Assembly: GCA_018303925.1 (NCBI GenBank)
Contig: JAGVXF010000010.1
Location: 1-62,824 of the forward strand
Direction: 5' to 3'
Origin: Candidatus Pacearchaeota archaeon
GTDB taxonomy: Archaea; Nanobdellota; Nanobdellia; Pacearchaeales; GW2011-AR1
Length of the DNA: 62,824 nt
The notes under the pieces are model-generated. The model did no database searches. It was given only the letters and a program-made list of their open reading frames with translations, and was not told the DNA's origin. Shown in pieces: positions 60,971 to 62,824 of this stretch (positions are counted from its first letter, which is position 1; each line of letters opens with the position of its first letter). A program made the translations under genes and the position numbers.

Positions 60971-62824
60971 ATGAATGAGATTCAAGTAAAGAGGGACTTG
61001 CAGGAATTAGTTAATGATTTTAAGTCAAGGCACTCTTATTATAAATCCCTATTAGAGTCAGATATAGAAACAAAATTGATTTATGATTTATTTGTAAAAA
61101 TACTTGGTTGGGATAAAAATGATTTTAAACAACAAGGAAAAGTTATGAGGGGTGAAAAGAGAGGGAGAGCTGATTATGGTTTTTATATAGGCGATAAATT
61201 AGTATTCTTTTTAGAGGTTAAAAGGGTGGGGATTCCATTAGATAAAGAAGCAGATAAACAAGTTATCTCTTATGCCTTATCTAAAAGAGTTCCATTTGCT
61301 ATATCTACAAATTTTGAACAAATGAAGATATTTTGTGTTGAAGAAGCAGACGAGGGAAAAAAGATATTTAGAGTTTTTTCTAAACCAGAAGATTATATTG
61401 AGAAATTTCAAGATTTACTTTTATTATCTAAGGAAAGTTTTGAGCAAGATAAATTATTAAAAGAGGCAATAAAAGAAGAAAGATTAAAGAAAAGGATGTC
61501 TATTGATAAGATACTTCTTGAAGACTTAATGCAAGTAAGGAAACTTATTGTAGATGATATAGAAAAAACCTACCCACAAAAATATGAAATTAATGATAGA
61601 GAGGAAATTGTGCAGAGAATAATTGATAGATTAATTTTCATAAGAAGATGTGAAGATGTTGGTATAAATCCTGAAAGTTTTTATTTAGAAGAAGTAAAAC
61701 ATCTCCCAGACAATAAAGCACATCCTAAACTTAAAGAAATATTTGAGAAATATAATCAAGTCTATAATAGTGGTTTATTTGCTATTGGTGTAGATAATGA
61801 TTGCGATAATATAAAAATAGATGGATTAATAATAAAAAAGTTAATTAGTTATCTTTATGAATCTAAAAATAAAGAATATATATATAATTTTGATTGGATA
61901 GATGCAGATGTTTTAGGACAAGTTTATGAACAATATTTAGGTAAAATTTTGTTACAAAGTAAGTCTGGAAAATCAAAGTTAACAGATAGTCAAGCACATA
62001 GAAAAGAACAAGGTATTTTTTATACACCAACTCCTGTAGTAGATTATGTTGTTAAGAATACTCTTGGAGAACTATTAAAAAATAAGAAAATAAAGCCAAA
62101 AGATATAAAGATTTTAGATTGTGCTTGTGGCTCTGGTTCATTTTTAATTAAAGCATTTGATTATTTATATAGGGAGTTATCAAATGGAAAAGAAGCAAGT
62201 CAAATGAAATTTGATGGGCAAGGAATATACTCTCTTAAAACAGAAATATTAAAGAATAATTTATTTGGAGTTGATTTGGATAATAAAGCAGTTGAAATTA
62301 CTAAACTTAATCTTCTATTAAAAGCATCTGAAAAAAACAGAAGATTACCTGAAGAAGTTGATTTACATATAAGACACGGAAATAGTTTAGTAGATAGCGA
62401 TAAAATAGCACCTAAAGATTATTTTAAATGGGAGAGAGATTTTCAAGAAGGGAGTTTTGATATTGTAATGGGAAATCCACCTTGGGGAGCAGATATTTTA
62501 CAAGATGTAGATTATTTTGTTTCAAGATATGGGGTTTCAAAGAAAAATCTTAATTCTTTTGATTTATTTGTAAGAAAGGCAATATCCTTATTAAAGGAGG
62601 GTGGATTTTTTGGTTTTGTAATTCCAAAGAATTCAATAAAATCAAATGATTATACTAATTTAAGAAAATATATTTTAGAGAATACTTTAATAAAAAAATT
62701 AACTCTATTTGGAATTTTTGAGGGAGTTACACAAGAATTTATAGTATTAATATTTGTAAAGAATAACGATAAATTAGATATAAAAAATAAAAATAAGATT
62801 GTATTGAACAATAAAGATATAATA
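60971..62824 (+). CDS. Type IIG-like restriction-modification enzyme (N-terminal PD-(D/E)XK nuclease plus N6-adenine methyltransferase); 3' end outside the window
   Basis: My own translation from the ATG at 60971 is open to the window end (618 codons). It contains RADYGFY...FFLEVKR (D...E-x-K), GIFYTPTPVVDYV, LDCACGSGSFL (motif I) and IVMGNPPWG (motif IV). It is not in the supplied ORF track. Confidence 0.75.
   Translation, partial: MNEIQVKRDLQELVNDFKSRHSYYKSLLESDIETKLIYDLFVKILGWDKNDFKQQGKVMRGEKRGRADYGFYIGDKLVFFLEVKRVGIPLDKEADKQVISYALSKRVPFAISTNFEQMKIFCVEEADEGKKIFRVFSKPEDYIEKFQDLLLLSKESFEQDKLLKEAIKEERLKKRMSIDKILLEDLMQVRKLIVDDIEKTYPQKYEINDREEIVQRIIDRLIFIRRCEDVGINPESFYLEEVKHLPDNKAHPKLKEIFEKYNQVYNSGLFAIGVDNDCDNIKIDGLIIKKLISYLYESKNKEYIYNFDWIDADVLGQVYEQYLGKILLQSKSGKSKLTDSQAHRKEQGIFYTPTPVVDYVVKNTLGELLKNKKIKPKDIKILDCACGSGSFLIKAFDYLYRELSNGKEASQMKFDGQGIYSLKTEILKNNLFGVDLDNKAVEITKLNLLLKASEKNRRLPEEVDLHIRHGNSLVDSDKIAPKDYFKWERDFQEGSFDIVMGNPPWGADILQDVDYFVSRYGVSKKNLNSFDLFVRKAISLLKEGGFFGFVIPKNSIKSNDYTNLRKYILENTLIKKLTLFGIFEGVTQEFIVLIFVKNNDKLDIKNKNKIVLNNKDII

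Overview
AT-rich archaeal chromosome segment, probably from a small-genome DPANN-type archaeon. It encodes aIF2-gamma, aIF5B, ribosomal proteins S6e, L35Ae and L10e/uL16, an intron-containing tRNA-Lys and pilin-signal surface proteins. TATA boxes sit about 23-30 nt upstream of many start codons, which fits leaderless mRNAs. Most of the window is housekeeping or lineage-specific hypothetical genes: a MacB-type ABC export cluster, a RecJ/GAN-like nuclease, TatD, MgtC, a SET-domain protein, a U32 peptidase and a C-terminally truncated GluRS. There is also a deoxynucleotide supercluster: nrdR-nrdJ, cobO, dCMP deaminase, kinases, thyA and trx. The standout region is 44.9-53.5 kb. Directly after the nrdJ stop codon come about 8.7 kb of unrelated small accessory modules. 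They include membrane peptides, an RHH/methyltransferase/endonuclease R-M unit, an ArsR plus SHOCT module and a SemiSWEET-like ORF. The modules are separated by structured imperfect-palindrome repeats with integron attC-like architecture (AAC...GTT core boxes, complementary arms with compensatory changes, variable centres). The same region holds many GCGAAGC mini-hairpins, short perfect inverted repeats bracketing individual modules, and a perfect 12-6-12 palindrome. That palindrome lies just upstream of a Xer-type tyrosine recombinase that lacks the IntI insertion. I read this as an integron-like or dif-module-like cassette platform served by a Xer-family enzyme, but it needs computational and experimental checks. 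Secondary observations are tRNA 3'-end duplications at tRNA-Val and tRNA-Lys, the latter followed by a type IIG R-M gene running off the window. Others are a dph2 remnant, several ORFs interrupted by in-frame TAA, candidate NrdR boxes and a candidate small structured RNA. No rRNA genes or CRISPR arrays were seen.
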